Shown here: in pieces, positions 10,121 through 19,169 of the stretch
How positions within the stretch are numbered: the first letter of the stretch is position 1
How the letters are laid out: each line of letters starts with the position of its first letter
Assembly: GCA_963843145.1 (NCBI GenBank)
Contig: CAWJJC010000012.1
Span: 32,001-96,000, forward strand
Reading direction: 5' to 3'
Source of the DNA: an uncultured delta proteobacterium
Lineage (GTDB): Bacteria > Desulfobacterota > RBG-13-43-22
Length of the DNA stretch: 64,000 nt
Position numbers and translations under genes: made by a program
The notes under the pieces: model-generated
What the model was told of the DNA's origin: nothing
Database searches by the model: none
The model's input: only the letters and a program-made list of their open reading frames with translations

Positions 10121-10305
10121 ATGTCGAAAAACTTTACATTTTTTATTTTTTAATAATTTCTAATGATATAAAGAAGATATAGGATTTTTTTAATAATATG
10201 TCGGAAAGTTTTACATATTCTACTCGTCAGAGTTTTATGGTTATAATATAACATATTGAAATAATGAATGAATGTTATATTAAAATAATTGGCAAGAATA
10301 TTGCA
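10121..10305 (+). promoter_or_regulatory. Sigma54 (-24/-12) promoter with two putative enhancer sites
   Basis: TGGCAAGAATATTGCA at 10290-10305 (GG-N10-GC); repeats ATGTCGAAAAACTTTACAT (10121) and ATGTCGGAAAGTTTTACAT (10198); AT-rich spacer. Confidence 0.7.
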
Positions 10306-10469
10306 AAAAGATAAATCGGATAAGTCGTATTTAGCCCCACCTGATATTCTTCATAACATCGAAAATAGAAAAATGAAAAGAACCTTGTTGTTATCGGTAT
10401 TTTGTGCGTCCCTTGTGTTGACATGGGTAACCATCGTAAAGGTTATTTTTTGACGCTGCCAAAACTATC

Positions 10470-10856
10470 TCGTCTGCCATTTTTGGGAGTTCCACTTTCC
10501 AAAGTCGTATTCGATAGCCGTCGCTCCCTCCGCTATCGGCGGTGATTAACAATTCGGTCGCCTGGGGATATAATTGCCGACCCTCATGCCGCCACCATTC
10601 CCGAACGACGGAGATGACCGGGTTCCCTCTGGCCATAGTCCGTCGTACTTTGTTATTGATGTGCCTGAATTGCTCGTCGCGGTCAGGATGATCATCGCCT
10701 TCTTCGGTCTTCCGGTTCCCCTGAAGACTGTAATTCATGGACCGCAGTAATTGAGCAACCTTCTCATGACTGATCGGGTGGTCCTGCAGACCAAGCTCCC
10801 AGGCCAACGTACGGGTACTTTTGCAGGTCCAGCGTAAAGGTGATTCCGGTATCCCC
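10470..10856 (-). pseudogene. ISAzo13-family transposase remnant
   Basis: PESPLRWTCKSTR...YSLQGNRKTEEG..HPDRDEQF...PVISV joined directly to REWW...LLITADSGGS.GYR.RLWK; both termini and the middle are missing. Confidence 0.85.
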
Positions 10857-10874
10857 TGAAACAGGAAAGCATTG

Positions 10875-12867
10875 ATGAGTAGCCAGGAAAAGAAAACCAT
10901 CCTGCTCGTTGAAGCCGATGTTTTTCTCGCTATTTATGAGGCGCAGACGATGGAGGGCTTCGGATATCATGTTATCGTCGCGACCTCCGGTGAGAGGGCC
11001 GTGGAAATTGCAGTCGGCGATGAAAAGATTAGTCTCATCCTCATGGACATCGATCTCGAGGGGCCAATCGACGGGTCCGAAACGGCGAGACAAATTCTCA
11101 GGAAGAGGAATATCCCCATCATATTTCTCACTTCCCATTCGGAAGAAGAATATGTCGACAAAGTAAAAGAAATCACCCGCTATGGATACGTGATCAAGGA
11201 TTCCGGTGACTTCGTGCTGCGTTCGTCCATCGAGATGGCGTTTGAGCTTTTTGAGGCGAACAAGAATTTACAATTTAAGATGGCGGCGCTGCGAGAGAGC
11301 GAGAAAAGGTACCGAGAGCTGTATGATTTTTTGCCAATCCCGGTCTATGAGATGGATTTGGAAGCTAATATTACTTCTGCTAACGAAGCCCTGTGTGACA
11401 CTTTTGGCGGTACGGAAGAGGATTTAAAAAAAGGTTTCAGCGCCTGGCAGCTTCTTTTACCTGAAGAGATTGAAAAATCCAAACAGAACATTCAAAAGCT
11501 GTTAAGGGGGGAGAAAATAAAAGATACTGAATATACTTTAATGCGGTTAGATGGATCGAGCTTTCCGGCCATGATAATTTCAAGTGTCATTTACCATAAT
11601 GGCCTTCCGGAGGGAGTCAGAGGGGCTATCGTAGATCTTACCGTGCGCAAGCGGGCCGAGGAGGCTAAGGAGGAAGTGGAGGCCCAAAACCGTCAACTCG
11701 AGAAGGCCGAAAGCCTGGGCCGCATGGCCGGCGCCATCGCCCACCACTTTAATAACCAGCTCGGAGTAGTGGTGGGAAACCTGGAATTGGCCCTGATGGA
11801 TCTGCCCCAGCATGGAGGTTCGGTCGAGATGCTGACCGAGGCCATGACGGCCGTCCACCGGGCGTCGGAGGTAAGCGGGTGGTTGTTGACTTACCTCGGA
11901 CAAACATCCGGCCAGCGTGAACCCTTGGATCTTTCCGAGATCTGCCGTTTAAGCCTGCCCTTGCTCCAGGCCGTCCTGCCCAAAGATGTGGTCTTGGAGA
12001 GCGAGTTACCCTCCCCCGGTCCAGCCGTCAGCGCGAATGCGGACCAGATACAACAGGTGCTGACCATCCTGACCACCAATGCCTGGGAGGCTATAGATGA
12101 CGGCCGGGGCGCCATTCACCTGATCGTCAAAACGGTTTCACCGGCAGACATCCCCAAATTGCACTGCTTCCCCATCGACTGGCAAGCGCAGGACAATGCT
12201 TACGCCTGCCTGGAATTGGCAGACTCCGGCGGTGGGATAGATGAAAAGACCATCGAGAAGCTCTTCGACCCTTTTTTCTCCACCAAATTTACCAGTCGCG
12301 GTATGGGACTGGCCGTTGTTCTGGGGGTGGTACGGGCACACCGCGGAGTCGTCACCGTGGAGAGCGAACCGGGCCGAGGGAGCATCTTCCGGGTCTTTTT
12401 GCCCCTCTCTGCCGAAGAAGTCCTCCGCCGGCCGGAAAAAGCGGCTCAAACCCCGGAAATTCAAGGGGGCGGACTGTCAGTGGGTCAGGCCCAGGCGGGC
12501 ACGGTGCTGCTGGTGGAAGACGAGGCGGAACTGCGCAAAGGTGGTCACGATCATGCTCACCCGTCTGGGTTATACTGTGCTGGCAACCGAGGATGGCGTC
12601 GAGGCGGTGGAGGTCTTCCGGAAGCATCAGGACAAAATCCGTTGCGTACTGTCTGACTTGTCCATGCCGCGTCTGGACGGTTGGGGGACGTTGGCGGCCC
12701 TGCGGAAACTCGCGCCGGATATCCCGGTAGTCCTGGCCAGTGGCTATGACGAGGCTCGGGTGATGTCCGGAGACCATGCCCATATGCCCCAAGCCTTCTT
12801 GAGCAAGCCGTTTGGATCCGAGGAGCTGGGCGAGGCGATCGCCAAAGCACTGGAAAAGAAGGCCTAA
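10875..12867 (+). CDS. Hybrid sensor histidine kinase REC-PAS-HisKA-HATPase-REC (frameshift near 12540)
   Basis: ILMDI receiver, PAS, AGAIAHHFNN, FDPFFSTK, GMGLA; the C-terminal receiver continues in ORF 12241-12867. Confidence 0.88.
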
Positions 12868-13000
12868 CCAATCAAAACTCAAATCCATTAAGCCGGCTCT
12901 CGATTATTATCCTTAACCCGAATAACCAGGGATAGCCGGAGTCGTTTCTTACCTCATGAGTCCGAACGTTTACGGCTTCAGATAGTTATTTTCGTGCCCG

Positions 13001-13321
13001 TTAATGGATCGGCGGTTGCGGATTTTTTTCTTCGGGAAGCCCGCGCCGCCGCGTCTGCATCTGCAGGTAGCCGTCGCTGAAGGGGTAGGGACCGCCTCTA
13101 AAATGGGGACAGGGGAATTTGTCGCAGTCGCGCAGACAGTATTCCACCCTGCGCTCCACCGCGCAATTCAGAATGGGGCAAACCCCGCCGATCAGCCGCA
13201 ACTGGGCCACCAATTTCCGATTGGCCTGCTCCGATCGACCGGATCCGCAGGGGCTGCATTTTCCTTCCGCAAAGAGTCGACAGGTCAGGCAATTGATGCC
13301 GCAGGCCCCGGTACCTTCCAT
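13001..13321 (-). CDS. Cys-rich DUF3795-like protein
   Basis: GACGINCLTC..CSPC..CPILNC..CLRDCDKFPC pattern. Confidence 0.7.
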   Translation of the reverse strand: MEGTGACGINCLTCRLFAEGKCSPCGSGRSEQANRKLVAQLRLIGGVCPILNCAVERRVEYCLRDCDKFPCPHFRGGPYPFSDGYLQMQTRRRGLPEEKNPQPPIH

Positions 13322-13330
13322 TTTTTCCTC

Positions 13331-14677
13331 CTAAAGGGAACAGACCGCTCGAACGTAATAGTGGCAGGTAAAATCCTGCCAGAAAACAAACCCCAAGTCA
13401 ATGCTGACAAACCAGGCGGCGTTGAAAGAACGGCGATCGGCGCTCCAGAGGCATTTCTGAGCGGAATCGAAAGGTAGGGCCAGGCAGTAGGCGTCGACCC
13501 CGGGAGTTTCAGTGGTCAGGGAACACAACTCATCTACCGTGGGGAGGCGCCAGTCCGACCGTCCGGCGAACCGGTCCCGGTTAAGCCCCTGAACATAGAT
13601 CCCGGCCTCCGGCCAGGTCAGAGGGTATTCGGAACCGGATTGTTCCCAGAGCAGATCATGAGACCGATCGGCCACTGTCCCGTCGTCCCTTTTCTGCCAA
13701 TCCGGAGAGGAATAAGACCGGGGCCGCCACAATTCGTCCATTCCAAAAATGGCGCGGGCCTCAGCCGGACGAACCTTGATCGGGTTCCGGCGTAACGGAA
13801 GGGAAGGCCTAATTTTCAGGGGCTGCTCATCCGGGACGGGCGCCGGGCGACAAGCCTTCTCCCGGACGGTCTCCCACTGAAGTCGCAGTCGCTCCAATTC
13901 CTCCAGCATTTCCCCGGCCGAAACAAATCTATCTTCCTTTTCTAAAGCGGCGCCTCTCAATAAGAAGGCGTCCCAGTTGGAATCCAAATCAGGATGGCTG
14001 CGGCTCGCTGGCCGACGGTCTTCCGAGGGAAGGCGGCCGGTGGCCAGACGGTACAGCGTTACCCCGACCGAGTAAAGGTCGGCCCGGACATCTACCCGAT
14101 CCGGGTCCTGCTCCTGTTCCGGAGCGGCATAATAGGGGGAGCCAACCTTCAGATTGTCCGGAGCCGGCAAAGTTTCTCCGCGGAGCAAGGACAAACCGAA
14201 ATCGCCTATTTTTATGGTGTCCTCTTCGCTAATCAGGAAATTGAAGGGCTTCAGGTCTCGGTGAATGATCCCGGCTTCGTGGAGGCGGGCCACCCCCTTT
14301 AAAATATGCCGGCCATAATGCAAAATCCGGTCCGGTTTCAGCCGGCGTGTCGGGTTCTCCACCTCTCCGGATTCCCCGATCAGTGTCCCCAGGTTGTTGC
14401 AATAATATTCCATGACAAAAAACGGCGTTCCCTCAACCTCATCAAAATCCCAGACTGCCAGGAGGTTGGGATGACGCAGTCTGGACATGATAACGGCCTC
14501 GTTGATAAAGCGTTTCTTCAGCTCCTTTTCTCCCAGGAGGCTGATCAGAATCGGATGGGGGTGAAGTAGTTTCAAGGCCATAATTTTTTCGATTACCGGC
14601 AGCCGCACCTTGTAAACCAGGCCCATGCCGCCGCGCCCCAAAAGCCCACAGATTTCATATCGTCCTATTCTGCGCAT
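13331..14677 (-). CDS. Hanks-type Ser/Thr kinase fused to a C-terminal DUF1566 (Lcl-type) domain
   Basis: GRGGMG, HRDLKP.N, DFG, YAAPEQ; C-terminus DGTVAD...LLWEQ...DWRLPTVDEL...WS...YVRAV. Confidence 0.9.
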   Translation of the reverse strand: MRRIGRYEICGLLGRGGMGLVYKVRLPVIEKIMALKLLHPHPILISLLGEKELKKRFINEAVIMSRLRHPNLLAVWDFDEVEGTPFFVMEYYCNNLGTLIGESGEVENPTRRLKPDRILHYGRHILKGVARLHEAGIIHRDLKPFNFLISEEDTIKIGDFGLSLLRGETLPAPDNLKVGSPYYAAPEQEQDPDRVDVRADLYSVGVTLYRLATGRLPSEDRRPASRSHPDLDSNWDAFLLRGAALEKEDRFVSAGEMLEELERLRLQWETVREKACRPAPVPDEQPLKIRPSLPLRRNPIKVRPAEARAIFGMDELWRPRSYSSPDWQKRDDGTVADRSHDLLWEQSGSEYPLTWPEAGIYVQGLNRDRFAGRSDWRLPTVDELCSLTTETPGVDAYCLALPFDSAQKCLWSADRRSFNAAWFVSIDLGFVFWQDFTCHYYVRAVCSL

Positions 14678-14697
14678 TCTATTTTCTTAGGCCTGGT

Positions 14698-15423
14698 TTA
14701 AAAAAGTCGCCGGGCGTTGTATTCCGGAAAATCCAGGCCCAGAATTTTTTCGGCGGTTCTGGCTATGTTATAGGTTACGTAGCGCAGTTCGAGGGTGGAG
14801 GAGCGACTATCCCAGATCACATACTTGGCCTGGTTGTTGCCATCCCGGGGCTGGCCCACGCTCCCCACGTTGACCAGATATTTGACCCCCTCGCGTAGGG
14901 GAAAGAGCCCGCGTTTGAAAGGGAGGTTCGTGATGCCCTGACCCTCGGAGGCGATGAGCTGCAGGTCGTGGGTGTGACCGATAAAGCATATCCTTTCCGG
15001 CAAGGCCGCCAAAATTCGATGGATTTCCTGGTCGGGAACTTCGTAAAGATAGGTGGTGATCGAATCGGGCGGAAAGCCGTGGACGAACCGGCAGTCCTGG
15101 TCCAACAGGAAGGGGCGGAGCCCTTTGAAATAGTTCAGTGACTCTTCCGATAACAAGCGCCGGGTTATCCGTAAGGAGATCCGGGTGGGCTTGTTGAACC
15201 AGCCTAGATAGCTGGGATCGACCAGACCCAGTTCGTGATTGCCCATGACCACAGGAATTTTCAGCGCCCGGATTTCCCGAATAACTTCCTCCGGTTCCGG
15301 TCCATACCCCACGCAATCGCCCAGGCAGAACAGGGAATCAATCCGGTTTCGATCCATATCGGCCAAGACTTTTTTGAGGGCTTCCCAATTGCCATGAATA
15401 TCCGAGAAGACGGCTAACCGCAT
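14698..15423 (-). CDS. Calcineurin-like metallophosphoesterase
   Basis: SDIHGN, LGDCVGYG, GNHE, GHTH and NVGSVGQPRDG motifs. Confidence 0.92.
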   Translation of the reverse strand: MRLAVFSDIHGNWEALKKVLADMDRNRIDSLFCLGDCVGYGPEPEEVIREIRALKIPVVMGNHELGLVDPSYLGWFNKPTRISLRITRRLLSEESLNYFKGLRPFLLDQDCRFVHGFPPDSITTYLYEVPDQEIHRILAALPERICFIGHTHDLQLIASEGQGITNLPFKRGLFPLREGVKYLVNVGSVGQPRDGNNQAKYVIWDSRSSTLELRYVTYNIARTAEKILGLDFPEYNARRLF

Positions 15424-15599
15424 GGTTTATATTATCCCAGAGAACCCTTAAATGGTATCAAAAATAATGGAATCTTTGGTTAGAAGGGGTTCCAGCAGAA
15501 CGGAGTGTTGGCCGAAGAAAGACATGGCAGGGGAGTGCGCGTTCAGTGTATAATACCTTAGGCGGATTCCCCGGCCCGTTTGAGAAAGGATGGTTTATT

Positions 15600-18332
15600 A
15601 TGAATAAAATGCAGCCCCTTTACTACCCTCCCCCGTATCAGGATTCCGCCGCCTACGGGCGGCTGATTTTGCGGGACGGTTCCACGGCGTCTATTCACGT
15701 CGCCACGCCAAAAGACCAGCAGGCCCTTCGTGATTTTTTTGAACGGCTTTCTCCGGAGTCCCGCTACCAGCGGTTTTTCAGTTTTCGTTTGCCGGACGAT
15801 CAACTCATTGCCACCTTATGTGATTCCTCCAATCCTCGGGAATGCCTGACCCTGATCGTCACCCGGATCATCGAGGGCGCCGCCCGCGTCATCGCCACGG
15901 GGTCCTATGTTCTGGCGGAGCCGAAAAAGGCTGAGGTGGGGGTAGCGGCCGCCGATCAATTCCAGGGCAAAGGTCTGGCTACGCTGCTCTTGGAGCGGCT
16001 CTCTCTGCTGGCGGTCCGCAACGGCATCCTGCGCTTCCAAGCGGTGACCCACGCCGACAATCGGCGTATGCTGGAAATATTTCAACATTCGGGTTTTCTT
16101 TTAGAGCAGCAGGCCAACCAGGGCCTGATCGATATCGAGCTCTCGGTCCAGTCCGGAGAGGACAGCGTGACTCGATCGGAATTACGGGACCGCGTTTACA
16201 CCACCGCCTCCTTGCTTCCTTTTTTTCGTCCCAATGCCGTGGCGGTGATCGGGGCCTCCCGGAGGGAATCCAGCCTGGGGTTTATGGTGGTGGAATCTCT
16301 GATGACCAACCGGTTTCAAGGTCCGGTGTATCCGGTGAATCCCAAGGCCGAGGTGATCTACTCCATCCGAGCCTCCCATTCGGTCCGGGAACTGCCTGAG
16401 CAGGTGGATTTGGCCGTGGTGGTCGTCCCCAAGGAGGCGGTTTTGCAGGTGGTCGATGATTGTGCCGCCCTCGGGGTGCGGGCCTTGATCGTCATCACGG
16501 CCGGGTATGCCGAAGAAGGTGCTGACGGCCGTCTATTGCAGGAGGCCCTGGTGGAAAAAGTCCGAGGCTACGGCATGCGCCTGGTGGGACCCAACTGCCT
16601 GGGGCTGATGAACACCGATCCTGAAATTCGAATGAACGCCTCCTTTTCCCCCATTTTCCCTCCGGCCGGGAGGATCGCCATGTCTTCCCAGAGCGGGGCC
16701 TTGGGGCTGGCCATCCTGGGGTTTACCAAGCAATTGAACCTGGGGCTTTCCAAATTCATTAGTATCGGCAATAAAGCGGATGTTACCGGGAACGACCTCC
16801 TTCAATATTGGGAAGGGGACCCTCATACCGATGTGATCCTCCTCTACCTGGAATCGTTCGGTAATCCCCGCCGCTTTGCCCGAATTGCCCGCCGGGTCAG
16901 CCGATCGAAGCCCATTGTCGCCGTAAAAAGCGGAAGGACCACGGCCGGGAAGCGGGCGGCCGGATCCCACACTGCGGCACTGGCCGCCAGCGAGGTGGCC
17001 GTCGAAGCCCTTTTCCACCAAACCGGAGTTATCCGGGCCGAAACGCTGGAAGAGATGTTCGACCTGGCGGCCGTTCTGGGCAGCCAACCGTTGCCTCCGG
17101 GCCGGCGGGTAGCCATTGTCACCAACGCCGGAGGCCCGGGGATCCTCTGCGCCGATACCTGTGAGGCGGGGGGAATGAAGGTGTCGGAACTTACCGGAAA
17201 AATCCAGGCTGAACTACGGGCCGCTATTCCCAAAGCCGCCAGCCTCGGGAATCCCGTCGACATGATCGCCTCGGCGACCCCCGAAGAATATCAAAAGGCC
17301 ATTGAGGTGTTGCTGGCGGCCGAGGAAGTAGATGCCTTAATCATCATTTATATTCCGGTCATCGCCCAGACCGAAATCGTCTCCCGGGCAATTTATCGAG
17401 GGGTCTCGGCCGCCCGGGCCGCCGGCGTCGTCTCTAAACCGGTACTGGCCTGCATGATGGTCGGAGAGGGGTTGACCGGGTCCCTGAAATTTGAAGAGGA
17501 GACCATCCCGACCTTTGCCTTTCCGGAAGCGGTAGCCCGGGTCTTAAGCCGGGTGGCGGCGTATGGCGAATGGCGCCGTCTGCCGATAGGCATGTATCCG
17601 GATTTTGAAGACCTGGAGGTTGAACCGGTCCGGGCGATCTGCCAACAGGCTATCCGAGAGCGGGGAGCCGGCTGGCTCACGGCCGAAGAAATCCAAAGGA
17701 TTTTTAAGGCGGTCGGGTTGCCGCAGGCCCCCGGCGGATTGGCCCGAACGGCCGAAGAAGCCGCGGAGCTGGCCGAAAAAATGGGGTTTCCGGTGGCCGC
17801 CAAGCTGTCCTCACTGGAGATCGTCCATAAAACCGAAGTAGGCGGAGTCCATTTGAACTTAGCCGATAAGGCCGCTGTTCGAGAGGCTTTTTTATCCATA
17901 CAGTCGACCCTGGAGGCCTCCGGAAATCTTCAGGCGCTGGAAGGTGTCTGGATTCAGTCCATGATCTCCGGAGGGGTGGAGATCATGGTGGGCGTCACCG
18001 AAGACCCGGTTTTCGGTCCCCTGGTGGCCTTTGGGCTGGGGGGAATTCATGTCGAAGTTCTGGGTGATGTGCGCTTTCGGGTAACCCCGCTCACCGATCG
18101 GGACGCCCGGGAGTTGGTCCGGGAGATCCGCGGATTTAAGCTCTTGACCGGCTACCGGGGGAGTCCGCCGGCGGATATCGAGGCCTTGGAGGAGGTCCTG
18201 CTCCGGGTGTCGCGTCTGGTGGAAGAAGTTCCGGAAATAACGGATTTGGATTTGAATCCCATCTTGACCCGGCCTCCCGGCGAAGGCTGCCTGATCGTCG
18301 ATGCCCGGATTCGGGTGGAGACCAGGCCCTAA
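15600..18332 (+). CDS. GNAT + acetate-CoA-ligase-like + ATP-grasp protein (Pat-type lysine acetyltransferase)
   Basis: N-terminal GNAT (SRYQRFF, QGKGLA), GPNCLG, SQSGA, SHTAALA, TNAGG, HKTEVGGV. Confidence 0.88.
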   Translation: MNKMQPLYYPPPYQDSAAYGRLILRDGSTASIHVATPKDQQALRDFFERLSPESRYQRFFSFRLPDDQLIATLCDSSNPRECLTLIVTRIIEGAARVIATGSYVLAEPKKAEVGVAAADQFQGKGLATLLLERLSLLAVRNGILRFQAVTHADNRRMLEIFQHSGFLLEQQANQGLIDIELSVQSGEDSVTRSELRDRVYTTASLLPFFRPNAVAVIGASRRESSLGFMVVESLMTNRFQGPVYPVNPKAEVIYSIRASHSVRELPEQVDLAVVVVPKEAVLQVVDDCAALGVRALIVITAGYAEEGADGRLLQEALVEKVRGYGMRLVGPNCLGLMNTDPEIRMNASFSPIFPPAGRIAMSSQSGALGLAILGFTKQLNLGLSKFISIGNKADVTGNDLLQYWEGDPHTDVILLYLESFGNPRRFARIARRVSRSKPIVAVKSGRTTAGKRAAGSHTAALAASEVAVEALFHQTGVIRAETLEEMFDLAAVLGSQPLPPGRRVAIVTNAGGPGILCADTCEAGGMKVSELTGKIQAELRAAIPKAASLGNPVDMIASATPEEYQKAIEVLLAAEEVDALIIIYIPVIAQTEIVSRAIYRGVSAARAAGVVSKPVLACMMVGEGLTGSLKFEEETIPTFAFPEAVARVLSRVAAYGEWRRLPIGMYPDFEDLEVEPVRAICQQAIRERGAGWLTAEEIQRIFKAVGLPQAPGGLARTAEEAAELAEKMGFPVAAKLSSLEIVHKTEVGGVHLNLADKAAVREAFLSIQSTLEASGNLQALEGVWIQSMISGGVEIMVGVTEDPVFGPLVAFGLGGIHVEVLGDVRFRVTPLTDRDARELVREIRGFKLLTGYRGSPPADIEALEEVLLRVSRLVEEVPEITDLDLNPILTRPPGEGCLIVDARIRVETRP

Positions 18333-18349
18333 CAATAATTCTTGGCGGG

Positions 18350-18407
18350 CTCGCAAAAAAGTCCCCAAGGCTGTCATTGCGAGGAGTGAAGCGACGAAGC
18401 AATCCCC
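18350..18407. repeat. Composite repeat: CTCGCAAAAAAGTCC plus half REP-like GTCATTGCGAGGAGTGAAGCGACGAAGCAATC
   Basis: Matches the 3874/4035 repeat core and the left arm of the 33352 element. Confidence 0.75.
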
Positions 18408-18419
18408 AAAAATCAACTA

Positions 18420-18635
18420 TTTTTGGTTAGTGCTTAGCGCGGTATTGGCCGGGCTCTTTCCTGCTTACGGGCAGGCCCTGCGCCAGGCCACTTTTATCCC
18501 TCAATGGATCCCGCAAGCCCAGTTCGCGGGATATTATGTGGCCTACGAAAAAGGGTATTATCGAGAAAAGGGGATCGATCTTCAGCTCCTCAAGGGCGGA
18601 CCGGAACGGCCTCCTTCGGAATGGCTGGAAAAGGA
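18420..18635 (+). pseudogene. Truncated NMT1/THI5-like ABC substrate-binding protein
   Basis: FIPQWIPQAQFAGYYVAYEKGYY..GID is the family N-terminus; only about 70 codons remain and there is no proper start. Confidence 0.75.
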
Positions 18636-18664
18636 GTTTTTCATCGAATTAAACGGAGGTAGGT

Positions 18665-18979
18665 ATGCGAAAACGAATTCGGAAAAAATTATTCTTGGGT
18701 GAATTTCAGGAGTTTGGATTTGAGGTGCAGTTTCGTCTCCCGCCCGACCTGAGCGATCAGGACCAGGAGGCTTTTTTCAACGCCTTCTGGACCGAGGCCA
18801 TCGATGGCCAGGGCTTAATATTCGACGGCGGTTGCGGCCTGGACTGGGATATCTTTATCACCCTGGCCGACCGGGGCTCGACCAAAGAAAGCCACCGGAA
18901 ACTGGTCGAGGAGTGGCTCCAGAAATCTCCCTTGGTGTCGGAAATAAGGATCGGACCCCTGGTCGATGCCTGGAATTAA
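18665..18979 (+). CDS. yggL: YggL (DUF469) family protein
   Basis: MRKRIRKKLFLGEFQEFGF...LVDAW; GGAGG RBS. Confidence 0.88.
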   Translation: MRKRIRKKLFLGEFQEFGFEVQFRLPPDLSDQDQEAFFNAFWTEAIDGQGLIFDGGCGLDWDIFITLADRGSTKESHRKLVEEWLQKSPLVSEIRIGPLVDAWN

Positions 18980-19169
18980 TCGGAACTTGATATGTTTTAA
19001 TTCTATCTGTCGTAATCCCGATCGGTTATTTTTATTCCTTTTTTTCTAGAGCTTCAACCATACTGAAAAGGCCACTGTTCGTTTCGCCACCGGAGGAATA
19101 TGCAAAAAATGCATATTGCTTTCTCCATAAGGAAAGAGGCGTGAAGTTAAAAATGGCAGAGAAGAGCAC

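Noticed and set aside
13331-13700. DUF1566 domain as a diversity-generating retroelement target
   Set aside because: No reverse transcriptase and no template-repeat copy visible in this window.
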